From an archaeon (GTDB lineage: Archaea > AGJL01 > Methanococci > Methanococcales > Methanocaldococcaceae), in assembly GCA_024278985.1 (NCBI GenBank), contig JAJRSC010000017.1, positions 1-55,873 on the forward strand: a stretch of DNA of 55,873 nucleotides, in the 5' to 3' direction. The notes beneath the pieces are model-generated. The model did not search any database. It was not told the origin of the DNA and saw only the letters and a list, made by a program, of their open reading frames with translations. Numbering within the stretch: position 1 is the first letter of the stretch; every line of letters starts with the position of its first letter. Position numbers and translations under genes: made by a program. Positions 40,551 through 51,986 of the stretch are shown piece by piece.

Positions 40551-42041
40551 ATGAAGGAATTAGTAGATGCTTATTTTAAAGAACATTCTCTTATAGAGCA
40601 TCAAATAGAGTCATTTAATGATTTTATAGAGAATAGATTACAAAGAATAGTTGATAATGTTGGCATTATTGAGACAGATGTTAGTGAATATAAAATAAAA
40701 CTTGGTAAAATTAGAGTAGGAAAGCCAACAATTAAAGAAGTTGATGGCTCAATAAGGAACATTACTCCAATGGAAGCAAGAATAAGGGACTTAACCTATG
40801 CAGCTCCAATATATTTAGAGATGACAGCATTTTATGAAGAAAATAATGAAATTATAGAAGTTGATAGTATTGAGGCATATATTGGAGAACTTCCAATTAT
40901 GTTGGGTAGTAAGTACTGTATTCTTCATAATCTAACTGATGAGGAAAAAATTAAGTTAGGAGAAGACCCAAAAGACCCATTAGGATACTTTATAATTAAT
41001 GGAACTGAGAGAGTTTTAATTACTCAAGAAGATTTAATACCAAATAGAATTATAACAGAATTTACAGAAAAAAATAATAAAAAAATAGCATTGGCAAAAG
41101 TATTCTCTACAAGACATGGATTTAGGGCTTTATGTTCTGTTGAAAAACATCCTAATGGATTATTGTATGTTAATGCTCCAAACTTACAACAGATACTATT
41201 AGTTATTATATTAAGAGCTTTAGGTGCTGAAACAGATAAGGATATTATTGAATCAATAAATGACCCAAGATTTGTTATGGAACTTCTCTTAAATATTCAA
41301 GAGATTAGAGAGGAATATAATATAAACACTAAAGAGGAAGCATTGGAATTTATTGGTAAAAAATTAGCTCCTGGACAAAGTAAAGAGTATAGAATAAAAA
41401 GAGCAAAAAGTGTTATACAAAATCAATTACTTCCACATTTAGGAGTTTATTAAGAGGATAATTCAAAAAAAATAAAATTCTTGGGCATAATGGCTAAAAA
41501 TGCTCTTGAGTTATATTTTGGTTACAGATCTGAAGATGATAAAGACCATTATGGATTTAAAAGGGCTAAATTAGCAGGAGACTTAATGGAGGATTTATTT
41601 AGAAATGCATTTTCTTATTTAGTTAAAGATATCAAAAAACAACTAAATAATCAAATACTTAAGAAAAATAAAAAATTCTCATTAAAGGCATTAATTAGAA
41701 GTGACATTATTACCGAAAGAATTAGACATGCTATGGCTACAGGAACATGGGTTGGAGAAAGAACTGGAGTTAGTCAATTATTAGATAGAACCAGTTATTT
41801 AGCAACAAATTCACAATTAAGGAGAATTGTTTCCCCACTTTCAAGGTCTCAGCCACATTTTGAGGCAAGAGAATTACATGGAACTCATTGGGGTAAAGTA
41901 TGTCCATCTGAAACTCCAGAAGGTCAAAATTGTGGATTAGTTAAGAATTTTGCATTATTTGCAAAAATAACAAGACATGAAGATGATTCAAAGATAATAG
42001 AATTCTTAAAATCATTTGGAATTACTGAATTTAAGTTATAA
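40551..42041 (+). CDS. rpoB2: RNA polymerase subunit B'' (Rpo2N) with an in-frame TAA at 41451-41453
   Basis: HQIESFN, PMEAR.R.LTY, GYFIING.E in the first part; DDKDH...KR..LAG, GVSQ.LDR, CPSETPEG.NCGLVKN in the second. Same frame, about 496 aa if read through. Confidence 0.9.
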
Positions 42042-42054
42042 ATAGGGTGAAATA

Positions 42055-43953
42055 TTGGCTGAGGCAAATATATATGTTAATGGAAAATTAGTAGGTAAGA
42101 CTGACAAACCTGAAGAATTAGTAAAAGAAATTAGAGAAAAAAGAAGGAAAGGAGAATTACCAAGATATACAACAGTTGTTTATTATGAGGATAGTAATGA
42201 TATCCATATAAATACAGATGCTGGAAGGATTGTAAGGCCTTTAATAGTTGTTGAAAATGGTAAACCTAAATTAACTAAGGAACATATTGAAAAACTTAAA
42301 AAAGGAGAAATAAGATTTGATGATTTAGTTAAAGAGGGAATAATTGAATTTTTAGATGCTGAAGAAGAAGAAAATGCTTTAATTGCTACATCTGAGGAAG
42401 AATTAACAGAAAAACATACTCATCTTGAACTTGACTGTTTAGGAATATTAGGAATAGGGGCTGGAATAGCTCCATATCCTGAGCATAATGCCGCTCCAAG
42501 AATTACTATGGCTGCTGCAATGGGTAAACAATCTTTAGGATTCCCAATGAGTAATATAAAATGGAGAATGGACACAAGAGGGCACTATCTTCATTATCCA
42601 CAGGTTCCTATTGTAAAAACAAAACATCAGGATATATTAGGATTTGATGAAAGACCTGCTGGACAAAATTTTGTTGTTGCTATTATGAGTTATGAAGGAT
42701 ACAATATGGAGGATGCTATAGTATTCAACAAGTCAGCTATAGATAGAGGTTTAGGAAGAAGTACATTCTTTAGAACATATGATGCCTGTGAAAGAAGATA
42801 TCCAGGAGGACAAATGGATAAAATAGAAATTCCTGATAAAGGAGTAAAAGGATACAGAACAGAAAAAGACTATAGATTATTAGAAGATGATGGTATTGTA
42901 GCAGTTGAAAGTTATGTAGAAAGTGGAGATGTATTAATTGGAAAAACTTCTCCACCAAGATTTTTAGAAGAGTATGAAATTTCTTTACAAGTTAAACCAC
43001 AAAGAAGAGATTCTTCAGTAGTCGTAAGACATGAAGAAAGAGGGTATGTTGATAAAGTTATTTTAACTGAAACAAGGGAAGGAAACAAATTAGTAAAAGT
43101 TAAAGTTAGAGATTTAAGAATTCCAGAATTAGGAGATAAATTTGCTTCAAGACATGGACAAAAAGGGGTTATGGGTCTAACTGTTCAACAGGAGGATTTA
43201 CCATTTACTGAAAGTGGTATCGTTCCAGATATTATAATTAATCCTCATGCAATTCCTTCAAGGATGACAGTAGGACAACTATTAGAGATGCTTGGAGGTA
43301 AAGTTGGTTCATTGGAAGGTAGAAGAGTAGATGGGACAATATTTAGTGGGGAAGAGGAATTAAGTTTAAGAGAGGCATTAGAAAAACTTGGATTTAAACA
43401 CTCTGGAAGAGAAACAATGTATGATGGTAGAACTGGAAAAAAGTTTGAAGTAGATATATACATTGGAGTAATTTACTATCAAAAACTTCACCATATGGTT
43501 GCTGGAAAAATACATGCAAGAAGTAGAGGACCTATACAACTATTAACAAGACAACCAACAGAAGGTAGAGCAAGAGAAGGAGGGTTAAGATTTGGAGAAA
43601 TGGAAAGAGATGTTTTAATTGGACATGGAGCTGCTTTATTATTAAAAGAAAGATTAATGGATGAATCTGACCCTTATGATGTTTGTGTTTGTGAAAAATG
43701 TGGAGACTTTGCAATATTAGATTATAGAAGAGGACTAAAATACTGTCCAATATGTAATGAAGTTGAAGAACTACACTCATCTAAAAAAATACCATTTATT
43801 AGAATACCATATGCCTTTAAGTTGTTACTTGATGAGTTAAAAAGTATGTGTATTTTACCAAATTTAAAAGTTAGAGATAAAGTTGAATTACAGGACTTTG
43901 AAGGTATAGAAAATATAAACAAGGAAGAAAAAGGGGATAATAATGATAGCTAA
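42055..43953 (+). CDS. rpoB1: RNA polymerase subunit B' (Rpo2C)
   Basis: [35 protein letters not shown], Zn finger. Confidence 0.97.
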   Translation: MAEANIYVNGKLVGKTDKPEELVKEIREKRRKGELPRYTTVVYYEDSNDIHINTDAGRIVRPLIVVENGKPKLTKEHIEKLKKGEIRFDDLVKEGIIEFLDAEEEENALIATSEEELTEKHTHLELDCLGILGIGAGIAPYPEHNAAPRITMAAAMGKQSLGFPMSNIKWRMDTRGHYLHYPQVPIVKTKHQDILGFDERPAGQNFVVAIMSYEGYNMEDAIVFNKSAIDRGLGRSTFFRTYDACERRYPGGQMDKIEIPDKGVKGYRTEKDYRLLEDDGIVAVESYVESGDVLIGKTSPPRFLEEYEISLQVKPQRRDSSVVVRHEERGYVDKVILTETREGNKLVKVKVRDLRIPELGDKFASRHGQKGVMGLTVQQEDLPFTESGIVPDIIINPHAIPSRMTVGQLLEMLGGKVGSLEGRRVDGTIFSGEEELSLREALEKLGFKHSGRETMYDGRTGKKFEVDIYIGVIYYQKLHHMVAGKIHARSRGPIQLLTRQPTEGRAREGGLRFGEMERDVLIGHGAALLLKERLMDESDPYDVCVCEKCGDFAILDYRRGLKYCPICNEVEELHSSKKIPFIRIPYAFKLLLDELKSMCILPNLKVRDKVELQDFEGIENINKEEKGDNNDS

Positions 43954-46630
43954 AAAAGTACAATCTAAATATGAAATAGAAAAAGAATTAAAGGCTATAA
44001 CCTTTGGATTATTATCTCCAGAATATATAAGAAAAATGTCCGCTGTTAAGGTAGTTGTTCCTGATACTTATGATGAAGATGGTTATCCAATTGAAGGAGG
44101 ATTAATGGACCCAAGAATGGGAGTTATTGACCCTGGATTAGTTTGTAAGACTTGTGGAGGAAAAATGGGAGATTGTCCAGGACATTTTGGACATATTGAA
44201 TTAGCAAAGCCAGTTATACATGTTGGATTTGCAAAGACAATATATAAAATATTAAAAGCTGTTTGTCCTCACTGTGGAAGGGTTACATTACCATATAATA
44301 AGAGAGAAGAGTTTATAAAAAAAATGGAAAAACTTGAGAGAGATGGAGGAAATAAATGGGAAGTTTGTGATGAAGTATTCAAAGAAGCTGCTAAAGTAGC
44401 AATATGTCCATTTTGTGTAGAGATTAAATTTGATGTCAAATTTGAAAGACCTTCAACATTTTATAAAGTTGAAAATAATGAATTAAAAAGATTAACCCCT
44501 GTAGATGTCAGAGAAATCTTAGAAAAAATTCCTGATGAAGATTGCTATTTAATTGGGATAAATCCAAAAACATCAAGGCCAGAATGGATGGTTTTAACAG
44601 TTCTACCAGTACCTCCAGTTACAGTAAGACCATCAATTATATTAGAAAGTGGAGAAAGAAGTGAAGATGATTTAACCCATAAATTGGCTGATATAGTTAG
44701 AAACAATAATAAATTAGAGGCTTATATTGAAGCAGGTTCTCCTAACTTAATTATTGAAGATATCTGGTGGAACTTACAATATTTAATTGATACATACTTT
44801 GATAATGAACTTCCTGGAGTACCTCAGGCAACACATAGAAGTGGAAGGCCATTAAAAGGTTTAGCTCAAAGATTAAAAGGAAAAGAGGGAAGATTTAGGT
44901 ATAATTTAGCTGGAAAAAGAGTTAATTTTTCTGCAAGAACTGTTATATCCCCAGACCCATGTTTAAGTATCAATGAGGTAGGAGTTCCTGAAGAGATAGC
45001 AAAAGAATTAACAGTTACTGAAAGAGTTACAAAATATAACATTGAAAAATTAAAGAAATTAATATTAAATGGACCTAAAAAATATCCTGGAGCAAATTAT
45101 ATTATAGTTTATAGACCTGGAAGAGATGGGTCAATTACTGAATATAGAATAAGATTAGATGATGAAGAGAGAAGAAAATACTGGGTTGAAAATATTAGAG
45201 AAGGAGATATAGTTGAAAGACATTTATTAGATGGAGATATTGTTCTATACAACAGACAGCCGTCTTTACACAGAATGTCCATTATGGGTCATAGAGTTAG
45301 AGTTTTACCATATAGAACATTTAGACATAATTTATGTGTATGTCCTCCTTACAATGCTGATTTTGATGGAGATGAAATGAACCTTCATGTTCCACAATCA
45401 GAAGAGGCAAGAGCTGAAGCTGAGGCTTTAATGTTAGTTGAAAAACATATTTTGTCTCCAAGATATGGGGCTCCAATTATAGGGGCAATACATGACCATA
45501 TATCTGGAGCATATATATTGACATCAAGATACTTTACTAAAGATGAGACAACACTAATATTAAGAGCTGGAGGAATTAAAGCAGAATTATGGGAGCCGGA
45601 TAAAATAGAGAATGGTGTCCCTCTATATTCAGGAAAAAAAATATTTAGTAAAGCTCTTCCAAAAGGATTAAACATTAAATTTAAAGCAAGAATTTGTAGA
45701 AAATGTAAAGAATGTAAAAAAGAAAATTGTGAATATGATGCCTATGTTGTAATTAAAAATGGAGAGTTAATAAAGGGAGTGATAGATAAAAATGCTTATG
45801 GTTCTGAGGCTGGAAAACTATTAGATGTTATTGTTAAAGAGTATGGATTTGAAGCAGGAAGGAAGTTTTTAGATTCTGTAACAAAGATGGTTATTAAGAC
45901 AATAATGCTAAAAGGATTTACAACTGGAATTGATGATGAAGACTTACCAGAAGAGGCATTAAAAGAAATTGAAAAAGTTTTAGATGAAGCTGAGAAAAAA
46001 GTAGAGGAAATTATTGAAAAATACAAAAGAGGAGAACTTGAACTTATTCCTGGGCAAGATTTAGAACAATCAAGAGAAACACATATTACAAAAGTTTTAA
46101 GAGAGGCAAGAGATAAAGCTGGGGAAATTGCTGAGAGATATTTAGGGATGAACAACCATGCTGTTATTATGGCAAGAACAGGGGCAAGAGGGAACATTTT
46201 AAACCTTACTCAAATGGCAGCATGTTTAGGACAGCAGTCAGTTAGAGGTAAAAGAATATTTAGAGGTTATAAAGATAGAGTTTTACCACACTTTGAAAAG
46301 GATGATTTAGGAGCAAGAGCTCATGGATTTGTAAGAAGTAGCTATAAAAAAGGATTATCTCCAACTGAATTTTTCTTCCATGCTATTGGAGGAAGAGAAG
46401 GATTAGTTGACCAAGCAGTAAGAACTGCTCAATCAGGATATATGCAAAGAAGATTAATTAATGCACTTCAAGATTTAAAGGCAGAAATTGATACAACTGT
46501 AAGAGACTCAAGAGGTGTTATGATACAATTTAAATATGGAGAGGATGGATTAGACCCAATGCTAACTGATAAAGGAAAAATAGATATTGATAGAATAATA
46601 AACAAAATTAAGATGAAGTATGAAAATTAA
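43943..46630 (+). CDS. rpoA1: RNA polymerase subunit A' (Rpo1N), intein-free
   Basis: [49 protein letters not shown]. Confidence 0.97.
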   Translation: MIAKKVQSKYEIEKELKAITFGLLSPEYIRKMSAVKVVVPDTYDEDGYPIEGGLMDPRMGVIDPGLVCKTCGGKMGDCPGHFGHIELAKPVIHVGFAKTIYKILKAVCPHCGRVTLPYNKREEFIKKMEKLERDGGNKWEVCDEVFKEAAKVAICPFCVEIKFDVKFERPSTFYKVENNELKRLTPVDVREILEKIPDEDCYLIGINPKTSRPEWMVLTVLPVPPVTVRPSIILESGERSEDDLTHKLADIVRNNNKLEAYIEAGSPNLIIEDIWWNLQYLIDTYFDNELPGVPQATHRSGRPLKGLAQRLKGKEGRFRYNLAGKRVNFSARTVISPDPCLSINEVGVPEEIAKELTVTERVTKYNIEKLKKLILNGPKKYPGANYIIVYRPGRDGSITEYRIRLDDEERRKYWVENIREGDIVERHLLDGDIVLYNRQPSLHRMSIMGHRVRVLPYRTFRHNLCVCPPYNADFDGDEMNLHVPQSEEARAEAEALMLVEKHILSPRYGAPIIGAIHDHISGAYILTSRYFTKDETTLILRAGGIKAELWEPDKIENGVPLYSGKKIFSKALPKGLNIKFKARICRKCKECKKENCEYDAYVVIKNGELIKGVIDKNAYGSEAGKLLDVIVKEYGFEAGRKFLDSVTKMVIKTIMLKGFTTGIDDEDLPEEALKEIEKVLDEAEKKVEEIIEKYKRGELELIPGQDLEQSRETHITKVLREARDKAGEIAERYLGMNNHAVIMARTGARGNILNLTQMAACLGQQSVRGKRIFRGYKDRVLPHFEKDDLGARAHGFVRSSYKKGLSPTEFFFHAIGGREGLVDQAVRTAQSGYMQRRLINALQDLKAEIDTTVRDSRGVMIQFKYGEDGLDPMLTDKGKIDIDRIINKIKMKYEN

Positions 46631-47225
46631 CCTTATAAAATTTTGCAAAATCTTTTATAAATTTTATATCTTCTTCTTTTAAATTTAATTTTTCTCTTAC
46701 GATATTTGCTATTTCTCCACCAACAAACAACATAGCTAAGGAAGATGTTAAATTTTTAGTAGTCTTCTTTTCTTTTGCCTTTTCAAAGTCTATTATATAT
46801 ACTTTATTGTTAGATATTAAAAAATGCCTACCTCCTTGTATCTCTTTATGCTCTATATTTAGAATATCTAATTTTAAACATATTTTTAAAATTTGCTCAA
46901 TAATATTTATTAACTCCTCTTTATTTAAAGAAGAAATAATTTTTTTTAATTCTTTTCCATTAATATATTCCATGATTATGTAGTCTTTAGAATAATCATA
47001 TACTTTTGGAGCAAAACCATATTTTTTTAGTTTATTTAAAAAATAGACTTCATTTAGTAGATTATTTTTTGGGGCATCTTTTCTTGGAACTTTTATAGCA
47101 ACTAATTTATTTCTATATATTCCTTTTAAAACTACCCCCCTATGACCTTTTCCAATAACCCCCAAAATTGTAATATCTTTATTTTTCAAATTTTTTAGAA
47201 TATTATTATTAACTAATTCTAACAT
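46608..47225 (-). CDS. small Ser/Thr protein kinase-like protein
   Basis: [29 protein letters not shown]. Confidence 0.75.
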   Translation of the reverse strand: MLELVNNNILKNLKNKDITILGVIGKGHRGVVLKGIYRNKLVAIKVPRKDAPKNNLLNEVYFLNKLKKYGFAPKVYDYSKDYIIMEYINGKELKKIISSLNKEELINIIEQILKICLKLDILNIEHKEIQGGRHFLISNNKVYIIDFEKAKEKKTTKNLTSSLAMLFVGGEIANIVREKLNLKEEDIKFIKDFAKFYKVNFHTSS

Positions 47226-47791
47226 GTTCCCTTAGTGCTTATTATTCCTTTTCTCTTATCTATTTTAGTGGCTAAATCTAAAGCTACCCCAAATGCCTTA
47301 AATAATGCCTCTACTTTATGATGCTCATTTTCCCCAATAACTTCATAATGTATATTTAATCTTCCATAATTTGCCACTGACTCAAAAAAATGATTTATAT
47401 TTTCTGTTGATAAAGTTCCTATATATTCTCTTCCTGGTTTATAATCAGATAAACAATAACTTCTACCACCTAAGTCTATACAAACTGTAGCTCTTGCATC
47501 ATCCATTGGAATTATAGCCCAACCAAATCTAAATATATTCTTTTTCTCAATCTTACTTAAAGCCAATCCTAAAGCAATTCCTACATCTTCAACTGTATGG
47601 TGGTCATCAACTTCTAAATCTCCCTTAACCTTAATTACTAAATCAAAACATCCATGTTTAGCAAAACTTTCTAAGAGATGGTCAAAAAAAGGTATGCCAG
47701 TGTCTATACTGTACTTCCCAGTACCATCTATATTTATTTTCAAATAAACATTTGTCTCTAAAGTTTCTCTAACAACCTCAAATATTCTCAT
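47219..47791 (-). CDS. hisB: imidazoleglycerol-phosphate dehydratase
   Basis: [40 protein letters not shown]. Confidence 0.95.
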   Translation of the reverse strand: MRIFEVVRETLETNVYLKINIDGTGKYSIDTGIPFFDHLLESFAKHGCFDLVIKVKGDLEVDDHHTVEDVGIALGLALSKIEKKNIFRFGWAIIPMDDARATVCIDLGGRSYCLSDYKPGREYIGTLSTENINHFFESVANYGRLNIHYEVIGENEHHKVEALFKAFGVALDLATKIDKRKGIISTKGTC

Positions 47792-47795
47792 CTAC

Positions 47796-49277
47796 TCACC
47801 CAAAGGCCTCATTCTCAAAAGTGTTATTTTTTAATTCTTTATCTTCTTTAACTTTATTCCATAATTCAACTAAATCAATGTCTTCTCCTTTATATTCTCC
47901 ATCAAATTTGTCAATCTTTACAATAGCAGGAATCTTAATACATGGCCCTAAAATAATTGCTTCTCCAATGTTTAAGGAGGTTAATTGTTTCATTAAATCC
48001 TCACTTAAAGCCTCTGATGAATATTGAACATGTTTTTGATCTGATGGTTCTATTAGTTTAGATATAATTAGGTTGGAACATTGTGATAATACATTAGGGT
48101 CTAATCCTTTTGGTCTTTGACTAACCAATCCTAAACCAACTCCAAATTTTCTTCCTTCTCTTGCTATTCTTCCCAAATAGTATTTTGCCCTTGTATTTCT
48201 ATCTTTAGGAACTATAAGATGAGCCTCTTCAAAAATTAGAAATATTGGTTTAGCATTATCTTTTCCTTCTTCATAAATTATTTTTTTTCTATTGTCTAAA
48301 ATCTGCTTTGAAATGTAAGATATAACTACATCAGCATCATTTTCATCCAATTCTTCAAGTGGTAAAACATTTATTGTATTTTCCTTTATTTTCTCTACAG
48401 GATTGTAGTTAATTGTTATTATTTTTTCTTTAAATTTCTTTAAATTTTCTAATCTAAAAATTGCTGTTTGAATACTACTTTCATCTTTTCCTTCTTCTAA
48501 ATAACTTTTCAATACATTTATAACTTCATCTATAAATTCTGAAGCATTTGTAAAATCTTTTTCTTTTTTAGATTTTTTAACTTCATCTAAGGCCTTCATT
48601 ATATAAGGTCTTTGCTTAGTTGCCTGCTTATCTACTCCTGCTAAATCACAAAAATCTTCTTCAGCAATTTGATAAATATTTATCTTTGGCTGTATAACAT
48701 TTATATCTAAGTTTAGAGAATTACATTTCATATTTTTGAATTCTCCATGCATATCAAATATTAGAACAGTAGCATTTAATTTTTTTAGTTCTTTTACTAA
48801 AACTGCTACAGTGTTAGATTTACCCATCCCTGTCATTGCTAAGATAGCCAAATGTCTTGAACATAGTTTATTTGCATCAAGTTTAACCTCAACATCTTCT
48901 CTTGTTACTAATGTCCCAATTCTAATATGACCATCTCCAAAAACTTTTTTTAAAATATTTATATCAGCTAAATAAACCTCAGTTCCAGGTTTTGGGGGAA
49001 TTCTTGGAAGTTTAAAGTTATTTATATCTCCCAATACTTTTATTTTTCCAATAATATAATAGTTATCATCAATAAACTCCTTTAATTTTTCTAAGTGATT
49101 AACATCAAAAATATCCTTCAAAGCCTCACTTCCATATAATGTATTTTCAATCATACCCAATACATTGTAATTATCATATTTTATAAGGGCATAATCCCCT
49201 ATCTTAGGAGGTTCTTTAGCCAAAAATGTTAATTCATCTATTCTTGTTTCTCCAAAAATATAACCTATCATTTTCAT
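47796..49277 (-). CDS. herA: HerA-family ATPase (HAS barrel)
   Basis: N-terminal HAS barrel, RHLAILAMTGMGKSN, DMHGE, EEAH, AREGRKFG, SQRP. Confidence 0.85.
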   Translation of the reverse strand: MKMIGYIFGETRIDELTFLAKEPPKIGDYALIKYDNYNVLGMIENTLYGSEALKDIFDVNHLEKLKEFIDDNYYIIGKIKVLGDINNFKLPRIPPKPGTEVYLADINILKKVFGDGHIRIGTLVTREDVEVKLDANKLCSRHLAILAMTGMGKSNTVAVLVKELKKLNATVLIFDMHGEFKNMKCNSLNLDINVIQPKINIYQIAEEDFCDLAGVDKQATKQRPYIMKALDEVKKSKKEKDFTNASEFIDEVINVLKSYLEEGKDESSIQTAIFRLENLKKFKEKIITINYNPVEKIKENTINVLPLEELDENDADVVISYISKQILDNRKKIIYEEGKDNAKPIFLIFEEAHLIVPKDRNTRAKYYLGRIAREGRKFGVGLGLVSQRPKGLDPNVLSQCSNLIISKLIEPSDQKHVQYSSEALSEDLMKQLTSLNIGEAIILGPCIKIPAIVKIDKFDGEYKGEDIDLVELWNKVKEDKELKNNTFENEAFG

Positions 49278-49693
49278 TCTAATCCCTCAACAATCTTACC
49301 ATGTTTTGTTCTTGGTGCAATATCTTTAATAATCTCATCAATATCTTCATTTTCATCAGCAGATATTTTAACAAATATCCCTCCATGTGTATCAATATCA
49401 AAATTAACATTTCTTACAAATGCTGCCTGCTTATTTAGATAAAATTTAGTTGAATTTTCATCTTTTCCTTCTTCTAAAATTAACCTTGCAGTGTCTAAAA
49501 TTGCCTGCTTTCTTATTAATTCTTTAAATTTTTCAACATTATTACCTAAACCTTCAAAATATCCATAATAATCATCTTCCTTAAAATACTCTAATTTTAT
49601 TTTAGGTAAAATGTTTAATATAGCTTTTTTTACTTTATTTTTATCTTCAGTTGGTTTTACTTTTGCTCTTACAAAGACTTTCATCTTTATCAC
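49274..49693 (-). CDS. UPF0201 family RNA-binding protein; likely start ATG 49684
   Basis: VKPTED..KV..AI.NI, Q.ILDTAR, LNKQAA, IAPRT. Confidence 0.85.
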   Translation of the reverse strand: MIKMKVFVRAKVKPTEDKNKVKKAILNILPKIKLEYFKEDDYYGYFEGLGNNVEKFKELIRKQAILDTARLILEEGKDENSTKFYLNKQAAFVRNVNFDIDTHGGIFVKISADENEDIDEIIKDIAPRTKHGKIVEGLE

Positions 49694-51620
49694 AACTTTT
49701 GGCCCATTTTAACATTTCATTATATACTTTATCTTTTTTTAAAAGTTTTTCATTTCCTATTAGTATTAACTTCCTTTTAGCCCTTGTTATAGCAACATTT
49801 AACCTTCTTAAGTCCTTTAAAAATCCAAAGTTTTTAGTTCTAACAAATGATATTACTATTGCCTCATTTTCTCTTCCCTGAAATCCATCAACTGTATTAA
49901 CTTCAACATCTATTTTATTATCTTCAAATAATCTTCTTAAATACCTAACTTGAGCATCATATGGAGTTATAACACTTAAAGGAATATTATACTTTATCAA
50001 TTTTTTAACTACTTCCAAAACCTTATTTGCCTCTTCAATATTATAATAGGAAGGAGAATCTTTATCTTTTCTTTCCTGTCCATCCACATTAATAAATTGA
50101 ACAGGTTTTTTATTTATAATATCTTTGTCTTCTTCATCAACTTTATCAACTAAATCCATAAGATTTATGTTTTTAACACTTTCATCAGCTTTAAGTTTAT
50201 TATTGTAAAACATTCTATTTGGGAATTCCATAATCTTTTCATTCATTCTATATTGAATTTCTAAAATTGTAGAAAATTCAGGATATTTATTTATTAGTTT
50301 TTCAAACAATGTTTTTTTTAGTTCCTCGTTATCACTTAAAACAGTTGGAGGTAGTTGTTTATGGTCTCCAGCCATTATTAATTTATCACCTCTTACTATT
50401 GGAATTAAACAACTTGGTTCCATTGCTTGACTACCTTCATCAATACATACAACATCAAAATGATAATCCTTTAAAATATCTGACCCTGCCATTGAGTTGG
50501 TAGATACAACAACCTCAGCATCTTTTATAATATCCTCAACTATTTCCTCCATCAGTTTATTTATCCTATCTACAATTTTTTTTATTTTTATATTTTTTAA
50601 TATCCATTTAGCCATACTTTCAATTTTTTCCTTTGGAACTCCTCTTACACTCTTCCCTTTTTTAGCATATTTAATTATCTTTTCATCACTTAGTCCTCTT
50701 TTCCATTTAGGTGATGGTTTTGTATATTTATCTCTCTCTTCTTTTAATACTGTTATTTTAGCCCTTAACATTTTTATTTCTTCATATTTTTCATGACACT
50801 CTATAAGATATGGCAGAGAGTGTTGAATTAATTCTTTATTTATCCTTGTTGGATGTCCTACTCTAACAACCTTTAAATCTGGATACTTTTTTAATAGATA
50901 TTCTAAGATATTATCAGCAGCTGTATTTGAGTCAGCAGTTGCTAAAACCCTATGTTTATTAAATCTAACTTCTTGATATATTACCTCTGTTAAAGTTCTT
51001 GTTTTTCCAGTACCTGGAGGACCATGAATAAGATATAAATCTTTACTTAAAATTGCATTTTTAACAGCTAATTTTTGAGACTCATTTAAATTTTTGTCAT
51101 AAAATTCAATATTAATTTCCTCCTTTAAAGATTTTTCAGGTTTCTCTAATCCTAAAATAATTAAAGCTAATCTTTCTCTTCTCTCAACAAACTCCTTTAA
51201 TGCTTCTTTCATTCTTTTAAATGTAATATCATTAACATACAAATCTAACCTAACTCTCTCCCTAAAAACCCACCTTGGGATATCTAAATCAAAAGCAACA
51301 TCTATAAAGTTTTTTCCTACATAAATAACATTTCCATATAATTCACTTTTTAATGGCTCTCCTTTACTAACTAATACAATATCTCCTGGAGATATTTCTG
51401 TTTTTATTGGTTTTCTTCTTCCAAATCTTACCAATTTACACCCTAAACTTTCTCCTAAAAATTTACCTTTTAAATTTAAAATAGCCCTTCCTACTTCTTC
51501 TCTCTTATTCCCTAACTTTAAAATTTCATTTTTGTGAAATTCTATTTCATATTTTCTTTCTAATTCTATTAAGTCTGAAAATTTTTTATAATAATAGTCA
51601 AAAATATTCAAATATATCAC
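49647..51620 (-). CDS. SF1 helicase, Upf1/IGHMBP2-like; likely start TTG 51611
   Basis: HGPPGTGKT, SNTAADN, DEGSQ, GDHKQLPP, QYRMN, TPY.AQ, VDGFQGRE, RLNVAITRA. Confidence 0.9.
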   Translation of the reverse strand: MIYLNIFDYYYKKFSDLIELERKYEIEFHKNEILKLGNKREEVGRAILNLKGKFLGESLGCKLVRFGRRKPIKTEISPGDIVLVSKGEPLKSELYGNVIYVGKNFIDVAFDLDIPRWVFRERVRLDLYVNDITFKRMKEALKEFVERRERLALIILGLEKPEKSLKEEINIEFYDKNLNESQKLAVKNAILSKDLYLIHGPPGTGKTRTLTEVIYQEVRFNKHRVLATADSNTAADNILEYLLKKYPDLKVVRVGHPTRINKELIQHSLPYLIECHEKYEEIKMLRAKITVLKEERDKYTKPSPKWKRGLSDEKIIKYAKKGKSVRGVPKEKIESMAKWILKNIKIKKIVDRINKLMEEIVEDIIKDAEVVVSTNSMAGSDILKDYHFDVVCIDEGSQAMEPSCLIPIVRGDKLIMAGDHKQLPPTVLSDNEELKKTLFEKLINKYPEFSTILEIQYRMNEKIMEFPNRMFYNNKLKADESVKNINLMDLVDKVDEEDKDIINKKPVQFINVDGQERKDKDSPSYYNIEEANKVLEVVKKLIKYNIPLSVITPYDAQVRYLRRLFEDNKIDVEVNTVDGFQGRENEAIVISFVRTKNFGFLKDLRRLNVAITRAKRKLILIGNEKLLKKDKVYNEMLKWAKSCDKDESLCKSKSKTN

Positions 51621-51661
51621 CTATCTAAAATAAAAAATCTCCAAAAAATAGTTTTAATTTC

Positions 51662-51674
51662 AAAAAAAAGAAAA
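51662..51674 (-). terminator. oligo-T terminator after tRNA-Met
   Basis: TTTTCTTTTTTTT on the minus strand directly after the tRNA 3' end. Confidence 0.5.
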
Positions 51675-51677
51675 TAG

Positions 51678-51783
51678 TGCCGAGGGGGGGATTCGAACCC
51701 CCGACCTCCCGGTTTCCCAGGAGCCCAGCCATAGCTGGGAATCCGTATGAGCCGGGCGCTATAACCAGCTAAGCCACCTCGGC
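51678..51783 (-). tRNA. elongator tRNA-Met(CAT) with a 32-nt intron (51714-51745)
   Basis: GCCGAGG/CCTCGGC acceptor stem, TGG D loop, CCCGG-CTCATA|A-CCGGG anticodon arm, GGTTCGAATCC T loop. Intron at 37/38 with a canonical bulge-helix-bulge. Confidence 0.95.
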
Positions 51784-51812
51784 ACAGTAATAAATTTAAA
51801 ATTCATAAGTAG

Positions 51813-51826
51813 TATATAAAATTTTC
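51813..51826 (-). promoter_or_regulatory. BRE/TATA of tRNA-Met
   Basis: Minus strand GAAAAT-TTTATATA, 30 nt upstream of the tRNA 5' end. Confidence 0.6.
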
Positions 51827-51986
51827 TATTTTTTGTAATAATTTTAAATATAGAAAATATATAATACGAATTCGGTAATTTTCTCCTAAAAAATATTACT
51901 AAATTCAGACCAAAAGAATAATATAGATACTCCACTAAGATATTATAATGACAATTAAAATAAAATTAAAAAAAAAGGTGGAAAAG

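Noticed and set aside
40962-40985. KDPLG in RpoB'' as a connectase substrate motif
   Set aside because: It differs from KDPGA and is part of the conserved RpoB D.GGYFIING region.
28299-41453. Genetic-code reassignment, selenocysteine or pyrrolysine as the explanation for the two in-frame stops
   Set aside because: The stops are TAG and TAA, not TGA. Both codons end ordinary genes throughout the window, and no suppressor tRNA, SECIS-like hairpin or pyl gene is visible.
51678-51783. tRNA as Ile2(CAT), the TiaS substrate, or as initiator Met
   Set aside because: The GCCGAGG acceptor stem and 37/38 intron fit elongator Met. It lacks the A1-U72 initiator pair and the GGGCCC-type Ile acceptor.
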